From positions 1 to 49,042 of the forward strand of contig JBHIBS010000011.1 of assembly GCA_046759165.1 (NCBI GenBank): a stretch of 49,042 bases of DNA. Direction: 5' to 3'. A model generated the notes under the pieces. That model did not search any database, was not told the DNA's origin, and saw nothing but the letters and a program-made list of their open reading frames with translations. Position numbers and translations under genes: made by a program. The stretch is from a bacterium. GTDB lineage: Bacteria; UBA6262; WVXT01. This document shows, in pieces, positions 8,154 through 17,378 of the stretch. Every line of letters begins with the position of its first letter. Positions within the stretch are counted from its first letter, which is position 1.

Positions 8154-9969
8154 TTTTACTTCCCTTAAGTTTCTTTGTCAGTTTTTGAAACTTCTCTATT
8201 TTCTTCGGTTCTACTGGCAGTCCTCTATCTGCTAAGTCCGCAAGCTCCTGTCGTATTTTTTCTTTCTCGTCTTCTGATTTATGTATCTTCACTCTACTGA
8301 TCAATGCATTGACTATTCCTGGTGAGAATTCTGCTTTCTTCTCTTCGATAGCGAGTGAAGCGATAATTTGATTGATCTCGCTTGAAAATTGTAAATCCTG
8401 ATTGTAAATCCTATCCATAATTATTGCTGGGTTTATAGGCTCCCTCTTGTCATATAATTCGTATATAACCTTGACAATCCTGGAAAGGTCGCTTATAAGG
8501 AAGTCTTCGGGTGTGACTTCTACCCTGACCGTTTCAATTTCCTCAGGGTAATTGACCATTACCTGTACAAGCCCCTTCTCCGCCTTGAGAATCCCTTGCT
8601 GAGAAGTATAGTCCCGAAAGTCTCTGGCGAGTTCCTCCCTATAAGAGGGCTCTTCCCACTGGTAAGTCTTCCTGTTTATCCTTCCCAGCTCTAAAAGTAG
8701 TGTCTGTTCATCAACAGAAATTAACTGGGATAACTTTTTAATTTCCTCTTTCTGCTCTATCAGATTCTTTATTCTGGCAACGGTGGGCAAGACCTCTTTC
8801 CCTACGGCAACTTTTCCTTCAGAACTATTCAAATCAGTAGTTTGTGAAATTAACTTGATCCGATAATCAATTAAAGAGAGTGATTGGGAGATTTCTTTTT
8901 GAAATTTTTCTACTCCCTGAGAGCGGAGGAAAATGTCAGGATCGCTGCCTTCAGGCAGTACGGCCACCTTCACTTTTAGCCCACTCCCTATCAATAGATC
9001 CAATCCCCTTAACGCAGCCTTAACCCCAGCCGTATCAGCATCGTATACTATTACTGCCTCTTCGGCATACCGCGATATTATGGAAACATGGCCGCTGGTC
9101 AAAGCAGTTCCGAGAGTGGCCACACTGTTAGCTACTCCAAATTGATGACAGGTTAGGACATCTGTATATCCCTCTAAGATTATGATCTGATTATTCTTTT
9201 GAATAGATTGCTTGGCGAGGTTGAGCGCATAAAGGGTCTTTCCTTTATTAAAGACTGCAGTTTCGGGGGAATTCAGGTATTTAGGTGATCGTTCTCCTAA
9301 AACTCTTCCACCAAATCCAATTATCCTGGACTGAACATCAGAAATTGGGAAAATAATCCGATCGAAAAACAGGTTGCAATAATCGTTTCTCTTTTCGGAA
9401 AAAGTGATTAAGCCAGCCCTTTCCAATAGCGCCTTCGAATAACCTCTATCTACAGCCGCCTCTAATAGTCCCTTCCCCGAACCAGGGGCATAGCCAACTC
9501 CAAATTTATTAATAATTTCTTCTCCCAATCCTCTCTTCTTGAGATATTCCCGTGCCTTTTGAGCAGAACTGGAACTCTTTAAGCACCTGTGAAAAAAGCC
9601 GGCTGCATGATCATTGATTTCAAAGAGACTCTTTCTCTCTTGAGAGATTCTGGAGGTTTCCTCCCGGCTGGCCTTGTCTTTGGGTAGAGAAATCCCGGCC
9701 CGCTCAGCCAATCTCTCCACAGCCTCTATAAAGTTTATCTTCTCATGCTTCATTAGAAAATTGAAGACATTTCCTCCTTCCCCGCAACCGAAGCAGTGAA
9801 ATATCTCTTTTTGCGGTGAAACGATGAAAGAAGGCGTCTTTTCCTGATGGAACGGACAGAGTGCCTTAAAATTGCTTCCAGTTTTCTTCAGAGGTAAATA
9901 TTCAGAAATGACCTGTACAATATTATTGCTCTGCCGTATTTGGTCTATTAAGTAACCTGGAATAGCCAA
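8140..9969 (-). CDS. dnaG: DNA primase
   Basis: CPFH..KTPSF...HCFGC Zn finger, [14 protein letters not shown] and YDAD.AG TOPRIM. TTG start after AAGGAG; overlaps the rpoD start by 14 nt. Confidence 0.97.
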   Translation of the reverse strand: MAIPGYLIDQIRQSNNIVQVISEYLPLKKTGSNFKALCPFHQEKTPSFIVSPQKEIFHCFGCGEGGNVFNFLMKHEKINFIEAVERLAERAGISLPKDKASREETSRISQERKSLFEINDHAAGFFHRCLKSSSSAQKAREYLKKRGLGEEIINKFGVGYAPGSGKGLLEAAVDRGYSKALLERAGLITFSEKRNDYCNLFFDRIIFPISDVQSRIIGFGGRVLGERSPKYLNSPETAVFNKGKTLYALNLAKQSIQKNNQIIILEGYTDVLTCHQFGVANSVATLGTALTSGHVSIISRYAEEAVIVYDADTAGVKAALRGLDLLIGSGLKVKVAVLPEGSDPDIFLRSQGVEKFQKEISQSLSLIDYRIKLISQTTDLNSSEGKVAVGKEVLPTVARIKNLIEQKEEIKKLSQLISVDEQTLLLELGRINRKTYQWEEPSYREELARDFRDYTSQQGILKAEKGLVQVMVNYPEEIETVRVEVTPEDFLISDLSRIVKVIYELYDKREPINPAIIMDRIYNQDLQFSSEINQIIASLAIEEKKAEFSPGIVNALISRVKIHKSEDEKEKIRQELADLADRGLPVEPKKIEKFQKLTKKLKGSKNERV

Positions 9970-10024
9970 ATTAACTCCTTTTTATTTTGTGGCTATTAAC
10001 TCCAGCAATAGTGTTAAAGAGAGA

Positions 10025-10978
10025 CTATCTCTGAACGCGGTAAAAACCTGAACAAGGGATAATATTTAGAGGGCCAAACTTGTCTATAGCCCGATCTAAT
10101 AGAAGGTTGAGCCCTAAAGTATCTGATGCCATATGGCCGGCAATTACAACATTTATGTGAAACTTTTCTGCCTTTTGATAATGTTTCTCGCTCATGTGCA
10201 TTCCCACTATAGTCCCGATTCCTGAAAGACTGAGTTTCTCTAAGGCTTCTTCCGACCCTTCAGTGCCACCTGTCATATCGAGGAATATCTTACCGGCCCG
10301 CCTCTTTTCGGAACCAACAATAACTTTCGGCCCACTGCCTCTACTGGTGGCCTCTTTATATTCCGATATTTCTTTCAAAAGCCCAATCGCATCTTCCACT
10401 CGTTCCGGTTTCTTCTCATCCATCAATCCCTGCAAATACGTAGCCACAAGATTATCTGCTGGAGTGTGTACACAAATAAAGGAAATATCGAGCAAACCTG
10501 CCGCATCCACTGCCCTGAAGTGGTTTACCGCCATCACTTTCCGGCTAACCTCTTTTATCCTCTTTTCCATAAGATCCTCTGCTATATTTATGGGAACACC
10601 ATACTTGTTCAAGATGTCTGCCTGCATACTCATAACTTCATAGAAATTTGCATAGGCGCGGCCCTCAGGATGGTGGGCAAGGGCTAGATCGATCTGTTTC
10701 CCTCGCATTCTTAACCGATCGGCTAAAAGCAGTTCTGGAGTCTCTATATCAATTCCTACCAGAATATCTTTTATTTCTTTCTTGGTATCGTTCAATATCC
10801 TGGTATCGCTGTAAGGATTGTGAAGGGTTTCCTGGTCAAACTCTCTTTTTTTTGGCGTTTCCAGTGTCTCAAACTCTTCCTTTTTCCTTTTTATCTCCAG
10901 TTCAACCCTCTCCACCCCGCGAGGGTCCCGAGAAATTCCCTCTTCTATAACGAATCTGTAAAATTCAATGAGCTTCAA
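10025..10978 (-). CDS. NIF3/NGG1p-interacting-factor-like metal-binding protein
   Basis: NPYSDTRIL, GIDI, AHHPEG, HTPADN and AGHMASDTLG motifs; TTG start. Confidence 0.75.
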   Translation of the reverse strand: MKLIEFYRFVIEEGISRDPRGVERVELEIKRKKEEFETLETPKKREFDQETLHNPYSDTRILNDTKKEIKDILVGIDIETPELLLADRLRMRGKQIDLALAHHPEGRAYANFYEVMSMQADILNKYGVPINIAEDLMEKRIKEVSRKVMAVNHFRAVDAAGLLDISFICVHTPADNLVATYLQGLMDEKKPERVEDAIGLLKEISEYKEATSRGSGPKVIVGSEKRRAGKIFLDMTGGTEGSEEALEKLSLSGIGTIVGMHMSEKHYQKAEKFHINVVIAGHMASDTLGLNLLLDRAIDKFGPLNIIPCSGFYRVQR

Positions 10979-11063
10979 TTTATCATCCCCCTCAAAATGT
11001 GCCTCATTTGTTCAGCAGAATCTAAATTCAAAACCAGCACGATCTGAAATCATCTATACAGAT

Positions 11064-11291
11064 GTGATTGCGGACCACTGAAAAGGACCGTGTAATCGAC
11101 CCGAAGTGTCGTTGCAATGGCGAAACCCGTGGCAAACCGACGAAGTCGTTGCGAGCCCTGAAGGGGTGTGGCAATCTCTACAATAAAATGGGATTCCTTC
11201 GCTTTCGCTCGGAATGACACTGCGTGTCAGATTGCTTCACTTCGTTCGCAATGACAATTCGTATCAAGTCGCTTCTAGTCCTAGCAATGAC
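11064..11291. repeat. About 230-bp composite palindromic repeat (GTC(A/G)TTGCGA...GCAATC type REP units), copy 1
   Basis: Three forward units followed by about three inverted units. A highly similar inverted copy lies at 24813-25051. Confidence 0.85.
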
Positions 11292-11350
11292 AGTGCATAA
11301 TTGCATCGTACGCACAAATTCAGTTTGTGCTTCGGATCTTTTCCACGAAT

Positions 11351-11971
11351 TTAGAATTTTGAAATTCCGTTAGTTCGAGATACGAACTTACTTCCCTCAA
11401 TATAATAGCGATAAGGAAGATTCCTGCCCTTTCTTATTCCAATACGACCCGTACTGATGATACTAAAGCCCTTTGAGGGGCTTTCCTTTTTTCTGGAACC
11501 AATCTGGCACATAATAAATAAATTATTTCCGGTTAGGTCAGCCCCGTTCATAGACACTGTAATGCCTAAAGCCTCGGCCAATTTGCCAGGGCCATTGGTA
11601 AGACGAGTCAAGGGCCCATCTATTCTTCTGTGTTTCTTCATTAATTGTATGCCTTCTTTGGGTTCTAAAGCCCTAATTAGAACAGCCCCGCCCACACCAT
11701 CCTTTTCTGTAACTACGTTAAGGCAGTAATGGTTGCCATATACGAGGTAGATATACGCCTTTCCTGCTGGTCCGAACATTATCCTATTACGCCGGGTAAT
11801 TCCGCGATAAGCATGGCTCCCGGGGTCCTCTTGGCCAAGATAGGCTTCCGACTCCACAATCTTCCCCGAAATTATGCCCTCATCCGTTTTATGGATAAGG
11901 GTTTTACCCAATAGTTCTTGAGCAACGATTCCTGTCTTACGGGAATAGAATTTTCTTAGTAGTTTACCCAT
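11351..11971 (-). CDS. mpg: 3-methyladenine DNA glycosylase (MPG/AAG family)
   Basis: IVESEAYLG..DPGSHAY, YIYLVYG.HYCLNVV, AVLIRALEP, NGPGKL and RIGI motifs. Confidence 0.92.
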   Translation of the reverse strand: MGKLLRKFYSRKTGIVAQELLGKTLIHKTDEGIISGKIVESEAYLGQEDPGSHAYRGITRRNRIMFGPAGKAYIYLVYGNHYCLNVVTEKDGVGGAVLIRALEPKEGIQLMKKHRRIDGPLTRLTNGPGKLAEALGITVSMNGADLTGNNLFIMCQIGSRKKESPSKGFSIISTGRIGIRKGRNLPYRYYIEGSKFVSRTNGISKF

Positions 11972-11974
11972 CAA

Positions 11975-12190
11975 TTATCTTTTTCTTTTTAACCGATCTA
12001 AAAGCTTGAGTTGCCTTCTCCTCTGTTTCCTTTTTGCTTCGGCGATCTTTCTCTTTCTGCGGACACTGGGACTTTCATAATATTCCCTTTTCTTTATTTC
12101 TGTCATAAGCCCTGCTCTTTCGCATTCGCGTTTAAATCGCCGTAAAGCTGCATCTATGGACTCATCTTCTCTAATTTTTACCTCAGTCAC
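11975..12190 (-). CDS. rpsU: 30S ribosomal protein S21
   Basis: [12 protein letters not shown]...[15 protein letters not shown] start. Confidence 0.95.
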   Translation of the reverse strand: MTEVKIREDESIDAALRRFKRECERAGLMTEIKKREYYESPSVRRKRKIAEAKRKQRRRQLKLLDRLKRKR

Positions 12191-12228
12191 ATGTTTTCAC
12201 CCCTTATGTGAATCACCCTCGCCACCTG

Positions 12229-12573
12229 TCAGCCTGGAGGCCAGGTCAATTTTCGACCACCCAACAAGTGGAAGTGTATGTGAAAAACCGCTTGGCCGGC
12301 ATCGGCATTGCAATTTGCTACAATACGGAATCCACATTGGGCAATGCTTTCTTGAGAAGCTAATTTTTGAGCAACTAAGTAAATCTGTCCTATTAAATCT
12401 TTGTCTTGTGAAGTTAAGTCCATAATTGTGGCTACGTGTTTTTTAGGCACAATTAAAAGGTGTACCGGCGCCTGCGGGTTAATATCTCTTAATGCTATTA
12501 CGTGATCATCCTCATACACGATATTCGCCGGAACATTTTTATTTACGATATTACAAAGAATACATTTTCCCAT
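12229..12573 (-). CDS. hinT: HIT (histidine triad) nucleotide-binding protein
   Basis: CILC, DINPQAPVH.L and AGQAVFHIHFHLLGGR. ATG 12573 has a GGGAG RBS and is preferred over 12615. Confidence 0.9.
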   Translation of the reverse strand: MGKCILCNIVNKNVPANIVYEDDHVIALRDINPQAPVHLLIVPKKHVATIMDLTSQDKDLIGQIYLVAQKLASQESIAQCGFRIVANCNADAGQAVFHIHFHLLGGRKLTWPPG

Positions 12574-12638
12574 CTTTTCTCCCAGAGCATACTTTTGCGT
12601 TAGGATTAAGGCCACCCTTATTTAGAACCTAAATCTTT

Positions 12639-12667
12639 AAAATAGCATAAATAAAAAAAAATGTCAA
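12639..12667 (-). promoter_or_regulatory. Sigma70 promoter for hit-rpsU-mpg-nif3-dnaG-rpoD
   Basis: Minus strand TTGACA-17 nt-TATTTT with an extended -10 TG. Confidence 0.6.
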
Positions 12668-12689
12668 GGGAAAAATGTAATCCTAACCA

Positions 12690-13706
12690 CTATAGCTGAG
12701 AGAGTTTCTTTTTCAGTAAGTTGATCATTGGGGTTGGAACGGGGTCTACACAATTTGTCAACGCTAGATAAGTGCTAACCCAATCACCAAGATATGTGAG
12801 GGAATGGAGGCGAGATAGGAGGGATTTCCCGCGGGAAATCACATGCTCGACGCCTGCTACCTTGTCTTTTACAATACTTTCTGTTATTATGAATCTTTCT
12901 TTAATTCTTTCGCTCTCACCACTATCTCTTAGGAATATTAGATAAACTTCGTTAGTAAATTCGCTACCAGTTCCCCAAACTTCAATCTCATTATGGTTCA
13001 TTTCTGGCAATAGACTGAAGAAAGCTACGCTCTTGCTATTTTCATTGAATTGGTTTTTCCATCGGACAGCACAGGCAGCCAGATGGTCAGGAGCGTATAT
13101 GAGGAGAAGATGCCCTTTTATTCTCTCCGATATCTCTTTTGCTAAATTGGCTTTACTCTGAGGGTCATACTCTTTGCACAGGATTTGCAGATTCTGAATT
13201 GTCTCCCGAATCTCCTCTTGTTTAGGTCCAATTAATCCCAACCGTTCAAGAACGGTAAGCATCGGAAAGAATAGATACCCAAAGGTCGCCCGCGGTGGCA
13301 TGCCTCCCATGATTTCAATTACGTCGATACCATCTTTCTGACACAGTTCTTTTAACTTTCCGCCACTGGTAATAGCTATAATCTTTGCAGAACGGAAGAG
13401 AGCATCCTGATAGGCAGATAGAGTCTCCTCGGTATTACCCGAATAGCTGATCGCAAAAACTAAGGTCCTCTCTCCTACATACTCCGGAAGGAAATAACCC
13501 CGGTTGACTTCAAGGGGAATCTTTGCCTCTCTCTGGAGATAGGACTTCAATAGGTCACCACCTGCTGCTGAGCCTCCCATTCCACAGACCACCACCTGGC
13601 GGATGGAGTTGTATCTTTTTATATCGATAGGATATTTCTCGGCAATTTCCACCGCCTTTTCACATTGAGCAGGAAACTCTTCCAGATATTTAAGCATCTC
13701 GCTCAT
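12690..13706 (-). CDS. Bifunctional phosphoglucose/phosphomannose isomerase (SIS plus bact-PGI_C)
   Basis: GMGGSA, SYSGNTEET, ITSGG.L, RWKNQFNENSK and PEMNHNEI motifs. Confidence 0.9.
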   Translation of the reverse strand: MSEMLKYLEEFPAQCEKAVEIAEKYPIDIKRYNSIRQVVVCGMGGSAAGGDLLKSYLQREAKIPLEVNRGYFLPEYVGERTLVFAISYSGNTEETLSAYQDALFRSAKIIAITSGGKLKELCQKDGIDVIEIMGGMPPRATFGYLFFPMLTVLERLGLIGPKQEEIRETIQNLQILCKEYDPQSKANLAKEISERIKGHLLLIYAPDHLAACAVRWKNQFNENSKSVAFFSLLPEMNHNEIEVWGTGSEFTNEVYLIFLRDSGESERIKERFIITESIVKDKVAGVEHVISRGKSLLSRLHSLTYLGDWVSTYLALTNCVDPVPTPMINLLKKKLSQL

Positions 13707-13776
13707 CTTCGGACTGACTCCCTATCACCTTTCTCCTGATGGTAACCCCACTGTTCCAGAGCCCATACGTTGATGT

Positions 13777-13878
13777 AGAGTTTCGCTCTGCCACTACATC
13801 CTGCACAATTTGAAATTGTGCCTACTACAAACGAACCCTTCCTCTCGGGAGAACTCCAGCTTGAATCGAACCCCTATA
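13777..13878 (-). repeat. Composite REP-like cluster, sister of 1173-1268
   Basis: GTAGTGGCAGAGCGAAACTCT (13777-13797), GTAGGCACAATTTCAAATTGTGC (13803-13825), tetraloop hairpin (13834-13859) and half of a GGGGTTCGATTC unit. Confidence 0.8.
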
Positions 13879-13887
13879 TTGAAGAAA

Positions 13888-15606
13888 TTATGGTAGGGCT
13901 TCGAATCTCTCGATAATTTTGTTTACCTCTTCCTGCTTTGTGGTAGCCAAAACCTGGTTGGCGAGTTCCTGAGCTTTAGTCAAGCTTGTTGAGCGAATAA
14001 TTTTCTTAATCTTAGGTATGGATAATGGGGACATACTGAACTCATCGAGACCCATACCGAGAAGAATCTTTGTAAGAGAAGAGTCTGCAGCCATCTCCCC
14101 ACACATTCCCACGCGATTTCCCGCTTGATGGCCCGCATCTATTATCCCCTTGAGCAGGCGCAAGATGGATAGATGCAGGGGTCTGTAAAGGTGAGTGACA
14201 TTCTCGTTAACGCGATCTACTGCTAAAGTGTATTGGATTAAATCGTTGGTCCCGATGCTTAAGAAATCGGCTTCTCGGGCCAGAATATCTGCAATCAGGG
14301 CAGAGGAAGGAGTTTCAATCATTACTCCTACTTCCATATTTTCATTAAAAGGGATTTTCTCTTTTCCTAATTCATTTTTTACTTCTTCGAGCAACTCATT
14401 GGCATGTCTCAGTTCTTCTACACAGCATATCATAGGATACATTATCTTCAAATTCCCCTCTACCGAAGCCCGGAGAATAGCCCTTAATTGGGTCTTAAAA
14501 ACATGAGGATATCTAAAGCAGAGCCGAATCGCCCTCAAGCCCATAAAAGGATTGCGCTCCGGAGAAATGCCAAATTCGCCCACAAACCTATCTGCCCCCA
14601 GGTCCATTGTCCTAATTATTACAGGATAGGGCATCATTTTCCAAGCTACAGAGGTATACTGTTGATATTGTTCCTCTTCCGATGGCAGATCGACTCGATT
14701 TAAATAGATATACTCGGTGCGGAATAATCCAATTCCTGTTGCACCGTGAGCATGAACCGAGGGAATTTCTTCAGGCACTTCGATATTTGCATGTAATTCA
14801 ACGTTATACTCATCAGCCGTTACTGCTGGCAGATCTGTCAGCTTCTTCAATGCTTTCTGAGCGTTGGAATATTTTATTTTCTGGCGTTCATAGTTCTCAA
14901 CTGTCAGTGAATCGGGGTTGGTAATAACAATTCCTTCTATTCCGTCTACGATTATTGTGTCACCTAGCTTGACTTTCTTAGTTACATTTTTCAAACCTAC
15001 TACAGCAGGAATTTCTAAAGATTGCGCCATAATCGCAGTGTGCGAAGTCCTTCCCCCAATATCTGTGGCAAACCCTATCACGTTCTCTTTGCGCATAGCA
15101 ATGGTGTCTGCAGGACTAAGATTATGAGCGATTACAATTACTGGTGATGGGAGAGTAGCCAGCTCTTCCCTTTCCCGGCCAAGTAGGCGCTTCAGTACTC
15201 TTTTCCCCACATCCAAAATGTCAAGGCTACGGTCTCGTAGATACCCGTCATCGATCATAGCAAAAGTTTTTGTTATTTTATCAATTACCATCTGGAGAGC
15301 GTATTCGGCATTTACCCTTTCCTCCGTAACCATTTTTATGACGTCGTTTCGAAGAATAGGGTCCTCCAAGATCAAAAGATAGGCATCGAAAAGCCGTACG
15401 TGTCTCTTACCAAGTTGTTTCAAAACTTTCTGCCTTATTCCGCCCATCTCCTCTCTTGTCTCGGCAAGGGCTTTTCGAAAGCGAATAATTTCCTGTTTTA
15501 TCTCAGTAGAATCAATTGTCCTCTTGGAAATATAGAATTTCTCTTCTTCGAGGAGGAAAGCTCGCCCAATGACAATTCCAGGTGAAGCACCAATTCCCTT
15601 CAACAT
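13888..15606 (-). CDS. ptsI: PTS enzyme I (PEP-protein phosphotransferase)
   Basis: GIGASPG, GGRTSHTAIMA (phospho-His), GIGLFRTE, ERNPFMGLRAIR, SIGTNDLIQY and GMCGEMA. Confidence 0.96.
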   Translation of the reverse strand: MLKGIGASPGIVIGRAFLLEEEKFYISKRTIDSTEIKQEIIRFRKALAETREEMGGIRQKVLKQLGKRHVRLFDAYLLILEDPILRNDVIKMVTEERVNAEYALQMVIDKITKTFAMIDDGYLRDRSLDILDVGKRVLKRLLGREREELATLPSPVIVIAHNLSPADTIAMRKENVIGFATDIGGRTSHTAIMAQSLEIPAVVGLKNVTKKVKLGDTIIVDGIEGIVITNPDSLTVENYERQKIKYSNAQKALKKLTDLPAVTADEYNVELHANIEVPEEIPSVHAHGATGIGLFRTEYIYLNRVDLPSEEEQYQQYTSVAWKMMPYPVIIRTMDLGADRFVGEFGISPERNPFMGLRAIRLCFRYPHVFKTQLRAILRASVEGNLKIMYPMICCVEELRHANELLEEVKNELGKEKIPFNENMEVGVMIETPSSALIADILAREADFLSIGTNDLIQYTLAVDRVNENVTHLYRPLHLSILRLLKGIIDAGHQAGNRVGMCGEMAADSSLTKILLGMGLDEFSMSPLSIPKIKKIIRSTSLTKAQELANQVLATTKQEEVNKIIERFEALP

Positions 15607-15611
15607 AACCT

Positions 15612-15878
15612 TTACTCCTCATCAAATTTTCTTGCAAATAATTCTTCTATCTTCTTTATAGTTTCTTTTTCATCTTTCCCATTAACGATCACTATTATTT
15701 CAGAACCGAACTCTGCTGCCAACATCATAATCCCCAAAATGCTATCTCCGTCCACTTCTTGACCATCTTTGATTATGGATACTTTTGAGTCGAACTTAGC
15801 CGCAGTCTGGGCGAGAAGTGCCGCAGGTCTTGCGTGCAGACCTAATTTATTATTAATTCGAAAATTTTTTTCTATCAT
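15612..15878 (-). CDS. ptsH: Phosphocarrier HPr
   Basis: GLHARPAA (His15); the Ser46 region reads DGDSILGIMML. Start taken at MIEKNF. Confidence 0.93.
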   Translation of the reverse strand: MIEKNFRINNKLGLHARPAALLAQTAAKFDSKVSIIKDGQEVDGDSILGIMMLAAEFGSEIIVIVNGKDEKETIKKIEELFARKFDEE

Positions 15879-15892
15879 AAACATTCCGAAAA

Positions 15893-16654
15893 TCAAAATA
15901 TATAGGCTCCTGCACAGGAAATTCCGATAAGTAAATATAGAAGCCTTGCTGAAGAAATTCGCCAGCGATTAAGGAAGACAATCGAAAGGAAGAACGCTAA
16001 AAAGTATAGTCTTTCCATCGCCCTCCAGTCCCGGAGAAGTATTACCATAACAGCGAGAAGAACAAGACCTAAACCAATAAGGTGGCTACCCCATATTGTG
16101 CGAGGATAATGCGTTTTCTTAAGAAGTCCTACTACTTTTGTCTTCCTTTCATAACCTTTCATCACTCCTTTAATGCGAATATAGAAGTGTAAAAAATTGT
16201 ACAGAAATAGAAAAATTAGTGGCGGCAGCCAAGCGCCTTCCCACTCCCTTAAATAGATAATCACCAGAACGCAAGCCAGCAGTGCAGTAAAGGGTCGCCA
16301 GGTTCCCCAAAATAGTGAATCACCGATGCCTCCGAATGCTCCGCCCATACTCATCTTTACTGTGCTAATCTGTTCTGGCTTAACCTCTTTTCCCAGTGCC
16401 ATTTCCTCTTCCAGACGAGCGACTATCCCTACTAACGCATTTGCAAAGTATGGATGGGTGTTAAAAAATTCTAAATGTCGCTTATAGGACTGGATCCTCT
16501 TCTCTTTTTCAGGATAGAGCTTATTCAGAACCGGTGCTAGTATGTAGAGAAATCCCAAATTTTGCATCCGTTCGAAATTCCAGACAGCCTGCAGACAAAA
16601 AGACCTCCAGAAAAGACGATATAGGTCAGATTTATTGATTATTCTATTGGTCAT
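15893..16654 (-). CDS. manZ: PTS mannose/fructose/sorbose family EIID
   Basis: LQAVWNFERMQNLGF, RHLEFFNTHPY and GIGDSLFW. ATG 16654 is preferred because the GTG at 16678 lies inside a REP. Confidence 0.9.
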   Translation of the reverse strand: MTNRIINKSDLYRLFWRSFCLQAVWNFERMQNLGFLYILAPVLNKLYPEKEKRIQSYKRHLEFFNTHPYFANALVGIVARLEEEMALGKEVKPEQISTVKMSMGGAFGGIGDSLFWGTWRPFTALLACVLVIIYLREWEGAWLPPLIFLFLYNFLHFYIRIKGVMKGYERKTKVVGLLKKTHYPRTIWGSHLIGLGLVLLAVMVILLRDWRAMERLYFLAFFLSIVFLNRWRISSARLLYLLIGISCAGAYIF

Positions 16655-16672
16655 AGGATCAAAAATAATTAT

Positions 16673-16695
16673 GCACAAATTGAATTTGTGCCTAC
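16673..16695 (-). repeat. GTAG REP hairpin overlapping the EIIC stop codon
   Basis: GTAGGCACAAATTCAATTTGTGC, with a compensatory base-pair swap relative to the other copies. Confidence 0.75.
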
Positions 16696-17330
16696 AAACC
16701 TCTGAAGGTGTTAAAGGCTATTGCTAAACCCAGAACTGGTAACAGCCTATATGCAAAATTCAGACCTGCCAATATCCCGTACGGTAAACAGGAAAATAAT
16801 TTGGGCAGAAAGTATACGCCTGCGCCAATTGCAATCAGGGAGAAAAGGAATCCTTTAAGAAAAAACAGAAATAAGCTACAATAGTTGACTTTTTCTATGG
16901 CTCCTAAATTACCTTTGGGAATTTCTCGATCTAAGTAGTGCACGAAATGTGCGTTTAGTTTTCTCTGCTCAACATCTATACTCCTAAAAATTTCTGCCAG
17001 AGGCATCGTCAGTGCCAGAACCGCCATTCTGTAAGAACCCTGAAAATTATTACCCAGCTGGACCGTTCTTTCGGTCAACACTATCAGAGTTGTGCAAGTT
17101 ACAGCTACTATTGTCGCATCAGGAGGAATGGCCGCACCCACAGATATCACATTTATCCAAATGAGTTCTAAAAGAGCACCGATAATGAGTCCTGTCTTGA
17201 GGTCTCCTAATAAAAAACCTATGAGGGGTCCGCAGACAATAGGCCTGGAAACCATTATCTGTCCCCAAGCACTTACATCTAAACTTAACAATCCTCCAAT
17301 GAAACTAGCTGAAAGGATTTCAGTAATCAT
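16692..17330 (-). CDS. manY: PTS mannose/fructose/sorbose family EIIC
   Basis: QIMVSRPIVCGPLIG.LLGD...GL.IGA.LEL.W and VGAAIPPD; hydrophobic. Confidence 0.88.
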   Translation of the reverse strand: MITEILSASFIGGLLSLDVSAWGQIMVSRPIVCGPLIGFLLGDLKTGLIIGALLELIWINVISVGAAIPPDATIVAVTCTTLIVLTERTVQLGNNFQGSYRMAVLALTMPLAEIFRSIDVEQRKLNAHFVHYLDREIPKGNLGAIEKVNYCSLFLFFLKGFLFSLIAIGAGVYFLPKLFSCLPYGILAGLNFAYRLLPVLGLAIAFNTFRGL

Positions 17331-17378
17331 TAGAACGATCCAGTGCAGATATTGGCAGGTTTAAACACCTGGGCTAAA

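Noticed and set aside
11064-11291. CRISPR array (also considered for 6312-6359 and 35948-36046)
   Set aside because: Units are degenerate and partly inverted, spacers are short, irregular and conserved between copies, and there are no cas genes.
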